Virus record (IMG/VR): IMGVR_UViG_3300045988_176686
Direction: 5' to 3' (one strand)
Source of the DNA: a virus
Length of the DNA stretch: 64,000 bases
Part shown: piece by piece, positions 28,063 through 37,217 of the stretch
Position numbering within the stretch: position 1 is the stretch's first letter
How the letters are laid out: each line of letters starts with the position of its first letter
Position numbers and translations under genes: made by a program
The notes under the pieces: generated by a model
Told to the model about the DNA's origin: nothing
Databases searched by the model: none
The model's input: only the letters and a program-made list of their open reading frames with translations

Positions 28063-28998
28063 CTATTTTTTAGGTCGTTTATACAACTTAACGAACAGAT
28101 CGGTAACGGTGTAACATTGAGCTTTGTACTCTTTCGTGTTGAGCTTATCCGTGTTCAATATCTTATCCAACATTAACGTCTGCTCTGTATTGAGTTTGTT
28201 TTTAATGGTGACTATATCAACGTATGGGCAACCTGCATCAGTATGCCCAATGTTGTTAGCACCAAAAATGTCTGTTGAAAAATAAGCATTGAGAGCAGCT
28301 ATCACATCTTGTTCCGTATAACCTGTATATTCGGGATGTATCTTGTTGTATTTTTCAACATACGTTTTTAAACGCTTGGCAAGGTATTCGTTGATGGAGT
28401 CTGAATATTCCCCAAAGAGTTGCGTTTCTGGAAGGGAATAATCTTGCGGACGGACTGACTTGAAGAAACCTCGCAGTTGCTTTAAGACAGACGACACACC
28501 ATCGAACTGCTGAAATTGGAAATTGTCGCCGAATATCTCGCGCATATCACATCTAACGTCCGTCACAACAGACTCCAGCATATCGGCCAGAAACGTCACT
28601 TTGTAGAGGTTGGCCGTGAGTTTCTTCACGAGTTCAGACATACCCTCACGTGAATAGTCTACATGATAATGCAACAATGTGCTAAACGTAAAAAACTCCA
28701 ACCCGACATCTGAATGAATATTCGTTTGCACAATAGCAGCATACATAGTATCCGCTAATTTGCGATCGTTCTGCTGAATTACGCGAACAAGAGCCGCTAT
28801 CTCACTTGATTGGCTTTTGCACTTAGCTACTGACTTGATAAGTCGGTTACGCTTGTCAACACCTGCAATAAAATCAGGATTACGAAAAAGCACATCGAGC
28901 GTTTGCGCATATTTTTCAATAGGAACATCTTTAAAGTCAAAAAAATAAGCTGTAGGCAAGGCTAAAGCTTTAGCCATATTTCCTTTATTCTTACTCAT
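28063..28998 (-). CDS. hypothetical protein
   Basis: 311-aa ORF. No motif recognised. Confidence 0.5.
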   Translation of the reverse strand: MSKNKGNMAKALALPTAYFFDFKDVPIEKYAQTLDVLFRNPDFIAGVDKRNRLIKSVAKCKSQSSEIAALVRVIQQNDRKLADTMYAAIVQTNIHSDVGLEFFTFSTLLHYHVDYSREGMSELVKKLTANLYKVTFLADMLESVVTDVRCDMREIFGDNFQFQQFDGVSSVLKQLRGFFKSVRPQDYSLPETQLFGEYSDSINEYLAKRLKTYVEKYNKIHPEYTGYTEQDVIAALNAYFSTDIFGANNIGHTDAGCPYVDIVTIKNKLNTEQTLMLDKILNTDKLNTKEYKAQCYTVTDLFVKLYKRPKK

Positions 28999-29031
28999 AA
29001 AAATATGTATTAAACATAACGTCCATTCTTT

Positions 29032-29478
29032 TCATTTTCCAGTAGAGCCATATCCACCAGTACCGCGAGCGGTTTTACGTAGTTCAGCGACTTCAACAAA
29101 ATCAATTCGTTCGGTACGTTCCAAGCAAATCTGACACACCTTTTGACCAACCTTGTAACGTGGCATATTTGGCATGACGTGATAAAACACAACCGAAATA
29201 CCGCCCGTGTAGATTTCATCAATCGTGCCTTCAGAATTGCTTAACACCATACCAGTTTCCCAAATTGAAGAGCGAGCACGCGCTTTGACACCTCGAATGT
29301 TGTAACCATCAAATTCGTTAACAGGCTGAAGCGCGAAGCCAAGTTCATATTTCCATACATTAGGCGCAATTTCCTCTTCGCTTACAGCAAAGCAATCGTA
29401 GCAAAAATCTGCCTCATGTCCTTCTGCCTTAACAGGCATTTGAGCCTTCTCATGAAGTCTCTTGAAAAGCATTTTCAT
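29032..29478 (-). CDS. dut: dUTP diphosphatase (trimeric dUTPase)
   Basis: dUTPase motifs are present: ARSSIWETG, GTIDEIYTGG, and the C-terminal RGTGGYGSTGK. Confidence 0.8.
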   Translation of the reverse strand: MKMLFKRLHEKAQMPVKAEGHEADFCYDCFAVSEEEIAPNVWKYELGFALQPVNEFDGYNIRGVKARARSSIWETGMVLSNSEGTIDEIYTGGISVVFYHVMPNMPRYKVGQKVCQICLERTERIDFVEVAELRKTARGTGGYGSTGK

Positions 29479-29518
29479 TGTATATCAATATAAAATTCTA
29501 CTTAAATCCAACTATATA

Positions 29519-30418
29519 CTATATCTGAAAGCCTGGAATGTATTCTTTCATTCTGTTATTGATAACAGAACTTACCTTCTCAGCAATGATTTTAGCATCT
29601 TTGTGTGCCCTACCTGTTGTATCACGCAAACGCATATCCATAATATGCTTCCATTCATGCAGATTATAAGTATATCCAACAATCGTATAGGTGTTAAAGG
29701 TAAGGTTGCCACGAGCATCCTCTGGTGGTAAACCTGTAAAGAGCAAGAATGAATAGACTTTTTCGGCAACCCAATATCCAAAATGAGATGCCAAACGCTG
29801 ATACCATCGGCTGTTAGCCTCCCAATGCGGACGACATATTAAGACACCGCCCTTCTTTTTTAAATTGACATAACGAGTACTCTGCTCTGCAATACAATTA
29901 GGAGACTTACGATTATAAGATTCGCCTTGGATGCGTTGCGTTGTAAACACCAAAGTCATGCGCAAAAGCCATAATGCTTCCGTACACTGAGCTTTTAGTG
30001 CTTTTTCGATGAACGCATCTTCGTCTATTACATAAGGTTCAAGCACTTGTTGAAAATCTTCATGCTCACTCATAAACTGCATGTTGGTGCTTATCCACAC
30101 TTGCTTGCCTTTCACCACATAATCAATGTAGGGCGAAGCGACCATGAGCGACCATACATAAATGATATGCAATTTAGACTCATTCGGCACAAAGAAATAA
30201 CAACTACCATGTCGATACATAGAACGATGCCCTGACTTCCAAAAGCCCTTATCTCGCTCCATGTCGCGTTTATACTCAAAATCCTTACGTTCTTTTTCGC
30301 TTAGATTTTCGGGAGGTTGCTTTCCCTTTGCCTTGTAACATATTCTGCCTACCCTGGCTATCTGTTTTACAATGGATTCTTGTGGCCACCACTCCACGTT
30401 TGGGGCTGTAAACTTCAT
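29519..30418 (-). CDS. thyX: ThyX-like flavin-dependent thymidylate synthase, divergent
   Basis: WKSGHRSMYRHGSCYF and EQSTRYV resemble ThyX blocks. The canonical RHR of the ThyX motif reads NRK here. Confidence 0.55.
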   Translation of the reverse strand: MKFTAPNVEWWPQESIVKQIARVGRICYKAKGKQPPENLSEKERKDFEYKRDMERDKGFWKSGHRSMYRHGSCYFFVPNESKLHIIYVWSLMVASPYIDYVVKGKQVWISTNMQFMSEHEDFQQVLEPYVIDEDAFIEKALKAQCTEALWLLRMTLVFTTQRIQGESYNRKSPNCIAEQSTRYVNLKKKGGVLICRPHWEANSRWYQRLASHFGYWVAEKVYSFLLFTGLPPEDARGNLTFNTYTIVGYTYNLHEWKHIMDMRLRDTTGRAHKDAKIIAEKVSSVINNRMKEYIPGFQI

Positions 30419-30470
30419 TCTGTATATATTTTAATTTGTTGTTTAGGGTGTAAATCATTCGTTTTTTATG

Positions 30471-31061
30471 TTATTCATCAGGCTCAGAACAGAGGTAAAA
30501 TTCACCTAATACCTTATCTTCAACCTCTTCTTTCATAGTGCCCAGTAAAGCTTGAACGAATGGTATGTCACAAATACATCTTGCTACGTATTCCCGTAAG
30601 GAGTTTTTGTCCTTATTGTTTAGAATAGCAAAGTCGTATTTTATCTGCGGTGCATTTCGGAAGCGTGCCACATCCCTAATAATACGAGATAATTTTACGC
30701 CTCTCGCCAATCTGACAACGACATCATTATTTACATAAATAGAAAAAACTTCTATATCAGGATGCTTTTCCTTCAACTCTACCAAGCCTACTTCGTCTAT
30801 TACATAGATAGCCGTTTCTTTCACTTGGTCGAGTCTCGTCCAATAATCATAACCACCATAGAATGTGTATGCCAACATTTTAGTAGGCGATACATTCACA
30901 TGTTCCACAAAGTAATGTTCTCTTCCGTTCACTTCACCCTCACGCATGGGGCGTGTGGTATAGGAACAGAGCACAGGCCAATCAGTCATTTCCGACATCA
31001 TCCGTGCTACGGTGTCTTTGCCCGCACCGCTGGGACCAGTAATGGTTATTAGCCATCGCAT
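30471..31061 (-). CDS. guanylate-kinase-family nucleoside monophosphate kinase
   Basis: P-loop TGPSGAGKDT followed by YTTRPMREGEVNGREHYFV, the guanylate kinase signature pattern. Confidence 0.7.
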   Translation of the reverse strand: MRWLITITGPSGAGKDTVARMMSEMTDWPVLCSYTTRPMREGEVNGREHYFVEHVNVSPTKMLAYTFYGGYDYWTRLDQVKETAIYVIDEVGLVELKEKHPDIEVFSIYVNNDVVVRLARGVKLSRIIRDVARFRNAPQIKYDFAILNNKDKNSLREYVARCICDIPFVQALLGTMKEEVEDKVLGEFYLCSEPDE

Positions 31062-31220
31062 AAGCCAAATTATTTTCCCTTATAAGCAATAATATAGTAA
31101 AAAGACGAGCCGAATCCTTCATACGGCACATTCACAATAGTGATAGCGATATTAAGAGTCACCACAGCCGAGCAATAGCAATAACAGTTTAAAAGAGTAT
31201 GGCTGTAGTGTGATTTATGT

Positions 31221-31299
31221 AATACACAGCAATGTATTGCTCTAACCAGTTGAGCTACATTTCTTGGAAAGAAACGGTAGGAATCGAACCTACAACCTC
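31221..31299 (-). other. tRNA-like element with permuted order (T-arm + acceptor 3' strand, then acceptor 5' strand + D-arm + anticodon arm)
   Basis: Minus strand reads GAGGTT-GTAGG-TTCGATT-CCTAC-CGTTTCTT-TCC-AAGAAATG-TA-GCTC-AACTGGTTA-GAGC-A-ATACA-TTGCTG-TGTAT. The two acceptor strands are complementary (8 bp, one G-U). Confidence 0.4.
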
Positions 31300-31423
31300 G
31301 TGAAACATGCTGAATAGAAGAGCACATTACACTAAATAGAAAAAATCCGTATAATATCATCGTAAGGGTCAGTTTCACAGGGCAAGCCATTCAGTCTGAC
31401 CTACTCGTCTTTTATGCTAATAA

Positions 31424-32329
31424 TTAGAGAGAATTTACTTTTACAAAAATATAATGCAAATAATCTGGAATAATGATGCGCAGTTGGTCGATTTCATCCA
31501 CCTTTTTCATTTGCCACTCCTTATATTGCTCGCGAAGTGCATCCATCTTTGCATTATAAGTTTTACAGCAATCTTCATAAATAGCGTATTGAACCTTGTA
31601 TTCCGAAAGACGCTTTGTATATTCCTTCTCGGATTCAATACGGAAGCCATGCTCAAAGCCATTCAGCTCAGCTTGTAATCCACGATACTCCTTTTGCAAA
31701 TTGAAAAATAAATTATTTAAACGCGAAATATCTGTTGATGATACATCATACGAATAAATAACCATATCACGACCAGTACCATCTACTTTCGTAGGATTAG
31801 CCTTATAATGTTCCATTTCTTTTAAAGCCTTTGGTAATAGTCCTTCTGGATGTATGAACTTGCCATATACAGCGAGTTTAGTCTTCAACTCAATATATCT
31901 GGCACATTTCTTTACATTCAAAATTTCTTGCCCAACGCTCACAAGATCACCAACTTCTTTTGGTGCTTCTGGTGGTACGGGGACTATAACATTATTGCTT
32001 TGTGCCCACTGAAAAAACGAGCAATTCATCGTTTCCTTCTTGCACTTATCACGTTCAGCAATAGCTTCGCGAAGCCATCCAATGAGTGCATTACACTTTG
32101 AAATATCGCGAATAGCATTAGGTATTTCATCAAGACAATCAAGCGGAAGTTGCAACAGAGCCTCCGTATTGTCGCTCAACAGTCTTGCCTTCTGCGTGAA
32201 AAGACGCAACGTTTTTACATCCTGACCAATGCGTTCAGCATATTCTTTAGCCATATTAGCTACATGGTTGGCAGAAGTAGAGGTAAGTCCCTCTTTTCCA
32301 AAAAATACTTGATTCATATTATATGTCAT
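31424..32329 (-). CDS. hypothetical protein
   Basis: 301-aa ORF. Its start abuts the stop of the upstream gene. Confidence 0.5.
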   Translation of the reverse strand: MTYNMNQVFFGKEGLTSTSANHVANMAKEYAERIGQDVKTLRLFTQKARLLSDNTEALLQLPLDCLDEIPNAIRDISKCNALIGWLREAIAERDKCKKETMNCSFFQWAQSNNVIVPVPPEAPKEVGDLVSVGQEILNVKKCARYIELKTKLAVYGKFIHPEGLLPKALKEMEHYKANPTKVDGTGRDMVIYSYDVSSTDISRLNNLFFNLQKEYRGLQAELNGFEHGFRIESEKEYTKRLSEYKVQYAIYEDCCKTYNAKMDALREQYKEWQMKKVDEIDQLRIIIPDYLHYIFVKVNSL

Positions 32330-32330
32330 T

Positions 32331-33428
32331 TCAATTTATTCTTCCATATATCTCCCTCAGTTCATCACGAGTGAGAAAAATGTTGCTTTCGTGACAAAGT
32401 TTAATGAAGGTGTTTCCGGTGACTTTAGGGTAATGAGAAAACTGTGGCCACCTCTCCCGAATTTCAGATTCGCGATGAGCTTTAGAGTCTGATGGGCGAA
32501 AACGAGATATGCGTCTCCACATATCCATTCCTGCTACAGGGTCTATGCTATATAAAGATATACCACACTTCACCCATGCGTCATAATTCTGCATAATGTC
32601 AACACCTTTCGCCTCGATTTTACTGACTAAACGCTGCGCTTTTAGATAAACAATATCTGGTGTATCATTCTCCCAAGAGCGTTCTCCATATATAGTGCCA
32701 CCACAGGGCGCATGCCTTGATACGTCAGAGAATGTTCGCTGATAATGCGAGATAGGAGATAATTCTACTTCGCTCACCTCCATACCCTTATAAGCCACAG
32801 CATTTTCGTTGATATAGATATGTTCTTTGTCATCCCAAGAGGCAAAACGCACACGACCTATATTGCCACATTGTTTGTCGAGCATAATGCCAAATGCAGC
32901 ATACTCTTTGAGCAATGCTTTGAATTGTTCCTTATGGCGTTCGGGATAGGCAAGACGTATCAAGCCAAAATACCCCGTGCCTGAACAGGAACGCATCAAC
33001 AATGCTATCTCTGGACGGAATTGTGCCAAATTACGTACATTATCGAAATTGGAGATTTGCTTATTATCGTCAAGGTCAATATCGATGGCAAGCCAACCTG
33101 TATGTTGCTGCAAGTGAGTTTCGCGACGCGACACCATCACACGCTGCCCTGGATGCGTAAGGCTATCATCCTCATAGAGAGAGAAAAGGCCACTGAGTGT
33201 TGCGCCAGGTAGTTTCTTTTTGGTTTCTATATACTCCGGCATCTTCTTAGCCTTGCTGCCATATTCTTTGCGCATAGCTCGCAAGCGTTGCACATACGGC
33301 TTCCATCTATCCGTAAGGCAAAACTCACGAATAGACATTTGCTGGATGCACTCCCCCGTGTCATAATCTACAAATCGACCATAAGCATCGGTGGCAGATT
33401 CATATATGGAGCATATTTCGTCAAACAT
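32331..33428 (-). CDS. VirE-N / BT4734-like domain protein (putative primase or replication-initiation associated)
   Basis: WLAIDIDLDD...CSGTGYFGLIRL...GNIGRVRFASWD resembles the Bacteroides VirE N-terminal domain family. Confidence 0.5.
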   Translation of the reverse strand: MFDEICSIYESATDAYGRFVDYDTGECIQQMSIREFCLTDRWKPYVQRLRAMRKEYGSKAKKMPEYIETKKKLPGATLSGLFSLYEDDSLTHPGQRVMVSRRETHLQQHTGWLAIDIDLDDNKQISNFDNVRNLAQFRPEIALLMRSCSGTGYFGLIRLAYPERHKEQFKALLKEYAAFGIMLDKQCGNIGRVRFASWDDKEHIYINENAVAYKGMEVSEVELSPISHYQRTFSDVSRHAPCGGTIYGERSWENDTPDIVYLKAQRLVSKIEAKGVDIMQNYDAWVKCGISLYSIDPVAGMDMWRRISRFRPSDSKAHRESEIRERWPQFSHYPKVTGNTFIKLCHESNIFLTRDELREIYGRIN

Positions 33429-33463
33429 ACAGATATTTCAATTTTTGAATTTTATTTATGCTG

Positions 33464-33499
33464 CAAATTTAATAATTAAATATTGGTTGTACAAAGGTT
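33464..33499 (-). promoter_or_regulatory. host-type promoter (TTTG ... TAAATTTG) for the replication-gene operon
   Basis: Minus strand has TAAATTTG (33471-33464) with a TTTG about 19 nt upstream. The ATG at 33428 lies about 35 nt downstream. Confidence 0.45.
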
Positions 33500-33648
33500 G
33501 GCTTTGTTATTTTCCCTTTTTAGACAAAATACAGAACCTCAATCAATGTTCACCTTTATTTACTTATGCTTCCATAAGAATACATAAATCATTATTCCAC
33601 GCAAAGAATACTTCATAACCATTGGTTTTCACCCCTTACACATCAAAC

Positions 33649-33656
33649 TACCTTTG
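33649..33656 (+). promoter_or_regulatory. -7 box TACCTTTG for the plus-strand module
   Basis: TACCTTTG lies 15 nt before the ATG at 33671. Confidence 0.45.
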
Positions 33657-33670
33657 CAACAAGTCCGATA

Positions 33671-34207
33671 ATGGACGAAACACAAAAACAAAACACTATG
33701 CAAATTAAAACGCAAAATGGCGACTACGATGTTGCCAGCAAGGGACTTGGCAATACTGCGCTTGGTCTCGGCATCGCTGGATTGGCTACCAGTCTGTTAG
33801 GCGGTGGTGCATTGCTCGGTGGTTTGGGTAATGGCAGACAAATGACTGCCAACCCTAATGACCCTGATGCAAGGTTTGTAACAAAGAGTGAGACTAATCT
33901 TATTCAAGAGAACTCTACGCTCAAAACAGAACTTGCTATTCAGAAGAGTGAAAACTACACCGACAAGAAGTTGGTAGAAGTAACGCAGTATATCGACGGC
34001 AAGGTGAACCGCCTTGAAGATCGAGTAAACGCAAACAAAGATGCACAGCAAGCCATTAACGCACAGCAAATGGCTTACAATGCAGCTGCCAATGCAAACA
34101 TTGATGTGTTGAAGTCGCAGGTTGCTTCGCTTTCAAGCGTTACCAAACTCTTTATTCCTTCAACCAATGTTTGCCAAACTGGATGCGGTTGCGGTTGCAA
34201 CGCATAA
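33671..34207 (+). CDS. membrane-anchored coiled-coil protein with Cys-rich C-terminus
   Basis: 178-aa ORF. Glycine-zipper hydrophobic segment GLGIAGLATSLLGGGALLGGLG, then a long coiled coil, ending CQTGCGCGCNA. Confidence 0.55.
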   Translation: MDETQKQNTMQIKTQNGDYDVASKGLGNTALGLGIAGLATSLLGGGALLGGLGNGRQMTANPNDPDARFVTKSETNLIQENSTLKTELAIQKSENYTDKKLVEVTQYIDGKVNRLEDRVNANKDAQQAINAQQMAYNAAANANIDVLKSQVASLSSVTKLFIPSTNVCQTGCGCGCNA

Positions 34208-34210
34208 AGC

Positions 34211-34642
34211 ATGATGAGTATGGAATATTCCAATTCACAAATCTTGGCTGCGGTCGTGTCTGAATGGGCACGACCCGCCATTTCGCAAATTGCTGCCAGC
34301 AATGTAATGCGTCTGCCCATGCTCCAATCATTACAAGCATCTATTGGGGCTTTAGGATTGGTAAGTGGGGAATACAACCTGCAAAAGGATATTGAACCAC
34401 TCATTCATCCAGTAGTCAATTCGCTCATCACCCCAATGCTTGCCCGATATTTCGGACAAATACCCGAAGAAAGCATACCGCAGATGGCTCACGACATCAT
34501 AGAAAAGGTGCGCTACAATGGTCCGCTATCGGTACTTGAAGGCATGATTACGTTTGACGAGGAAGATTTGGATGAACTTGCCGATCTCTTGCAAAAGAAC
34601 TTACCTGTAGAGAACGCAGAGCATTATCAAGTGAAGAGATAA
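34211..34642 (+). CDS. hypothetical protein
   Basis: 143-aa ORF lying 3 nt after the previous stop. Confidence 0.5.
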   Translation: MMSMEYSNSQILAAVVSEWARPAISQIAASNVMRLPMLQSLQASIGALGLVSGEYNLQKDIEPLIHPVVNSLITPMLARYFGQIPEESIPQMAHDIIEKVRYNGPLSVLEGMITFDEEDLDELADLLQKNLPVENAEHYQVKR

Positions 34643-34696
34643 GTTTATTAACCAAAGCGGCGGCTCGCTTCGTCGCTATACTAAAACAGAAATTAA

Positions 34697-35128
34697 ATGA
34701 TGAACAAACGTACTTTTCCGGCTCACATTACAGCCACACTTGCAGTCGGCGCAACTGCCACTGCTCCGTATTATGACGTGAACATCACGCAGCAGCTATG
34801 TACTCCTGCTTGTGTGGACGAAACACCAGTGTTCTCGCCTACATTTACCGTAAAAAGTATTGCCAACGTAGGTACATCACAATATCTTGTTGTGCTCCAT
34901 GTGGAGGGTGTAATCAACTATGTGCCTTGTAACTGCGGAACATGCTGCACACGCTCTCAGGTGATAAGTCAAGACTTTACCATTCCTGTGTTTAGTGCTA
35001 CAGCTATTGGAAGCATAACACCTTCTATCGGCACTGTGCAAAACGGCATTGCACGAATAGCATGCTGCTCTTGCAGCAAGACGTTCGTGTCGGATGTACC
35101 TCTTACCTTAACCATAACCGCAGCATAA
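34697..35128 (+). CDS. hypothetical Cys-rich beta-type protein
   Basis: 143-aa ORF with PCNCGTCCTRS and ACCSCSK clusters. Confidence 0.5.
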   Translation: MMNKRTFPAHITATLAVGATATAPYYDVNITQQLCTPACVDETPVFSPTFTVKSIANVGTSQYLVVLHVEGVINYVPCNCGTCCTRSQVISQDFTIPVFSATAIGSITPSIGTVQNGIARIACCSCSKTFVSDVPLTLTITAA

Positions 35129-35129
35129 C

Positions 35130-35420
35130 ATGGCAATACTATTGACAAGTTTTATTGTCATGGTATCGGTCAGTCTCATTCACCACCTCGGCTTGGCTCA
35201 CGCCATTTCAGAGGTGGTGGATAAGGTGCTTTCGTGCAGCCAATGCCTCACGTTTTGGAGTGTGCTTGCAGGACTTGTATATATAGGTACCGATATTATT
35301 ACTGCTATGTTCTTCGCCATCACAATGGCGTATTTGTCTAATTGGTTGGGATTATTACTGTTATATCTCCAACGACAATTCAACATATTATATGGAAGAG
35401 AAAAAGACAAAGAAGAATGA
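35130..35420 (+). CDS. small multi-pass membrane protein (CxxC..FW motif, DUF1360-like)
   Basis: 96-aa ORF with three hydrophobic segments and an LSCSQCLTFWSVL motif. Confidence 0.5.
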   Translation: MAILLTSFIVMVSVSLIHHLGLAHAISEVVDKVLSCSQCLTFWSVLAGLVYIGTDIITAMFFAITMAYLSNWLGLLLLYLQRQFNILYGREKDKEE

Positions 35421-35534
35421 AAAAAAGTTTGCGGAAGTTTCTGCCACCTTTCAGCGACCTATCACATTCACTACCTTAGTGCCAGCAATACCTAAATTCA
35501 AAGGGTCTTGCCCTAACTGCTAAAAAGAAAAGGA

Positions 35535-36032
35535 ATGAAATATATTCAACTAATAGAACTGGCTCGCGCCACAGGCGTAGCTAATGAGAAAAAAATGTGG
35601 GATGCCATTCAACAAATGTCGTGCGACCTTACAGCCATCGAAGCTGAACATCCTGAAATGTATTGGCGTATCATGCGACACCAACATGCCATACTGTATG
35701 ACCGTCATTATAGCGAGAAGTTTGCCAACCACGACGTGAACCGCCTGGAATATGGCGAATTAGACGAAGAAGGTATGCCTACTAAATGTGGACCGCATTG
35801 GACTCGCTCACAAGTGATTGAAGCCACGGAAGGCATGAAATTCCCCCCAAAGGTAAACGATTGGGATAAATACGTAGCCTTCAACTCTATGTATGCCGAC
35901 CTTTGCGCAGATATGAATGAAGAAGAAATCATCAAGGCTGCATACCTTTTCTACTTTTGTGATGCTGATTGGCAACACGATAACGACTGCACCAAAATAT
36001 GGGATTACACGACCATGCACGCTACCATGTAA
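35535..36032 (+). CDS. hypothetical protein
   Basis: 165-aa ORF. No motif recognised. Confidence 0.5.
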   Translation: MKYIQLIELARATGVANEKKMWDAIQQMSCDLTAIEAEHPEMYWRIMRHQHAILYDRHYSEKFANHDVNRLEYGELDEEGMPTKCGPHWTRSQVIEATEGMKFPPKVNDWDKYVAFNSMYADLCADMNEEEIIKAAYLFYFCDADWQHDNDCTKIWDYTTMHATM

Positions 36033-36225
36033 AAAGCTTCGGTCTTGTTTATACGTTCCCATATATCTCACAACTGAAAAAATCTACCCTAAAACAGGGC
36101 TATTAAAGTCCCCTCGCGCCAACAATTATGCCGCAAAGGGACTTTCATTGCGTCCTCATTTACACGTCTTATCCTTCTATTAGAAAATCTTTTTACAAAT
36201 GTTATTATCATAAGCAAATGTTACG

Positions 36226-36233
36226 TACCTTTG
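36226..36233 (+). promoter_or_regulatory. -7 box TACCTTTG for the LysR gene
   Basis: TACCTTTG lies 32 nt before the ATG at 36265. Confidence 0.45.
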
Positions 36234-36264
36234 CTATTAGGAACACATTAAATACTCTACTGCT

Positions 36265-37170
36265 ATGGAATTACGACATCTACGTTCCTTTGTTTACGTT
36301 GCTGAAACACTCTCGTTTTCTATTGCCGCTACAAAGTGCTGTGTCACCCAGTCTGCTATCAGCCAGCACATCAAAACTCTTGAAGATGAGTTAGGCTGCA
36401 AGTTGCTTGTTCGTACTTCTCACGACATCACGCTAACTGAATATGGAGAAGCCCTTTTGCCTCGAGCAAAAGATATTCTCAAACAGACTGCCGACTGCAA
36501 AGAGCATATCTACGCACTCAACAACTGCATGACGGGTGAACTGCGCATTGGTGTCGGCTCATTCATTGCGCCATATATCCGTGTGGCTGCCATGATATTC
36601 ATGGAGCGTTACCCGAATGTGCGACTGAATGCTGAACTCACCAAAGCCACCAGTTTAAATCATTTGTTGCGCAATCACGAAATTGACATTGCTTTCACCA
36701 TGAACACGGCATACACGCATGAGGGAATTGAGTCGCAACCTTGCATTCCCTTCCACATTTATGCGATTATGCGCAACACGCATCCCTTAACTCGTCTACC
36801 TAAAGTTTCTTACGATGATATGCTACGCCATAGCGTGATTATGCCAGCCGTAGGTGAACGTGTTTTCAATACTTTTCAGCAATACATTCAACACGACCTA
36901 ACTAAGCTGAACATCAAGTGCATTGTGAGTGATCCAGATGAAGACCTTGCTATCGTGGAAGAAACACAAAACATCACTTTCATGCCTAAACTTTACCTGC
37001 GGAACCACCCTACCCTTGTGGCAAGACCTATCATAGGATTAGAGCAAGAGATAATGAGTAATACGCACTGGATGCGCGATGTGCCACTCAAACGCTCCGC
37101 ACAGATATTTCTCGACATTATCCGTCAAGAGGCTATTCCTTACATCAACGAACTGGAAAAAACCTACTAA
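36265..37170 (+). CDS. LysR-family transcriptional regulator
   Basis: MELRHLRSFVYVAETLSFSIAATKCCVTQSAISQHIKTLEDELGCKLLVRT is a classic LTTR winged-HTH, followed by a substrate-binding-type domain. Confidence 0.85.
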   Translation: MELRHLRSFVYVAETLSFSIAATKCCVTQSAISQHIKTLEDELGCKLLVRTSHDITLTEYGEALLPRAKDILKQTADCKEHIYALNNCMTGELRIGVGSFIAPYIRVAAMIFMERYPNVRLNAELTKATSLNHLLRNHEIDIAFTMNTAYTHEGIESQPCIPFHIYAIMRNTHPLTRLPKVSYDDMLRHSVIMPAVGERVFNTFQQYIQHDLTKLNIKCIVSDPDEDLAIVEETQNITFMPKLYLRNHPTLVARPIIGLEQEIMSNTHWMRDVPLKRSAQIFLDIIRQEAIPYINELEKTY

Positions 37171-37183
37171 AACACCTATTCAA

Positions 37184-37217
37184 CGGCAAAGTTCACTTTT
37201 TGGACTTTGCCGTTTTT
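37184..37217 (+). terminator. intrinsic terminator after LysR
   Basis: Stem CGGCAAAGT/ACTTTGCCG followed by T5. Confidence 0.7.

Noticed and set aside
31070-31390. 106-aa minus-strand ORF
   Set aside because: It is the translation of the tRNA-like element: GCRFDSY comes from the T-arm and AQLVRA from the D-arm. Composition is Cys/Tyr-rich and implausible.
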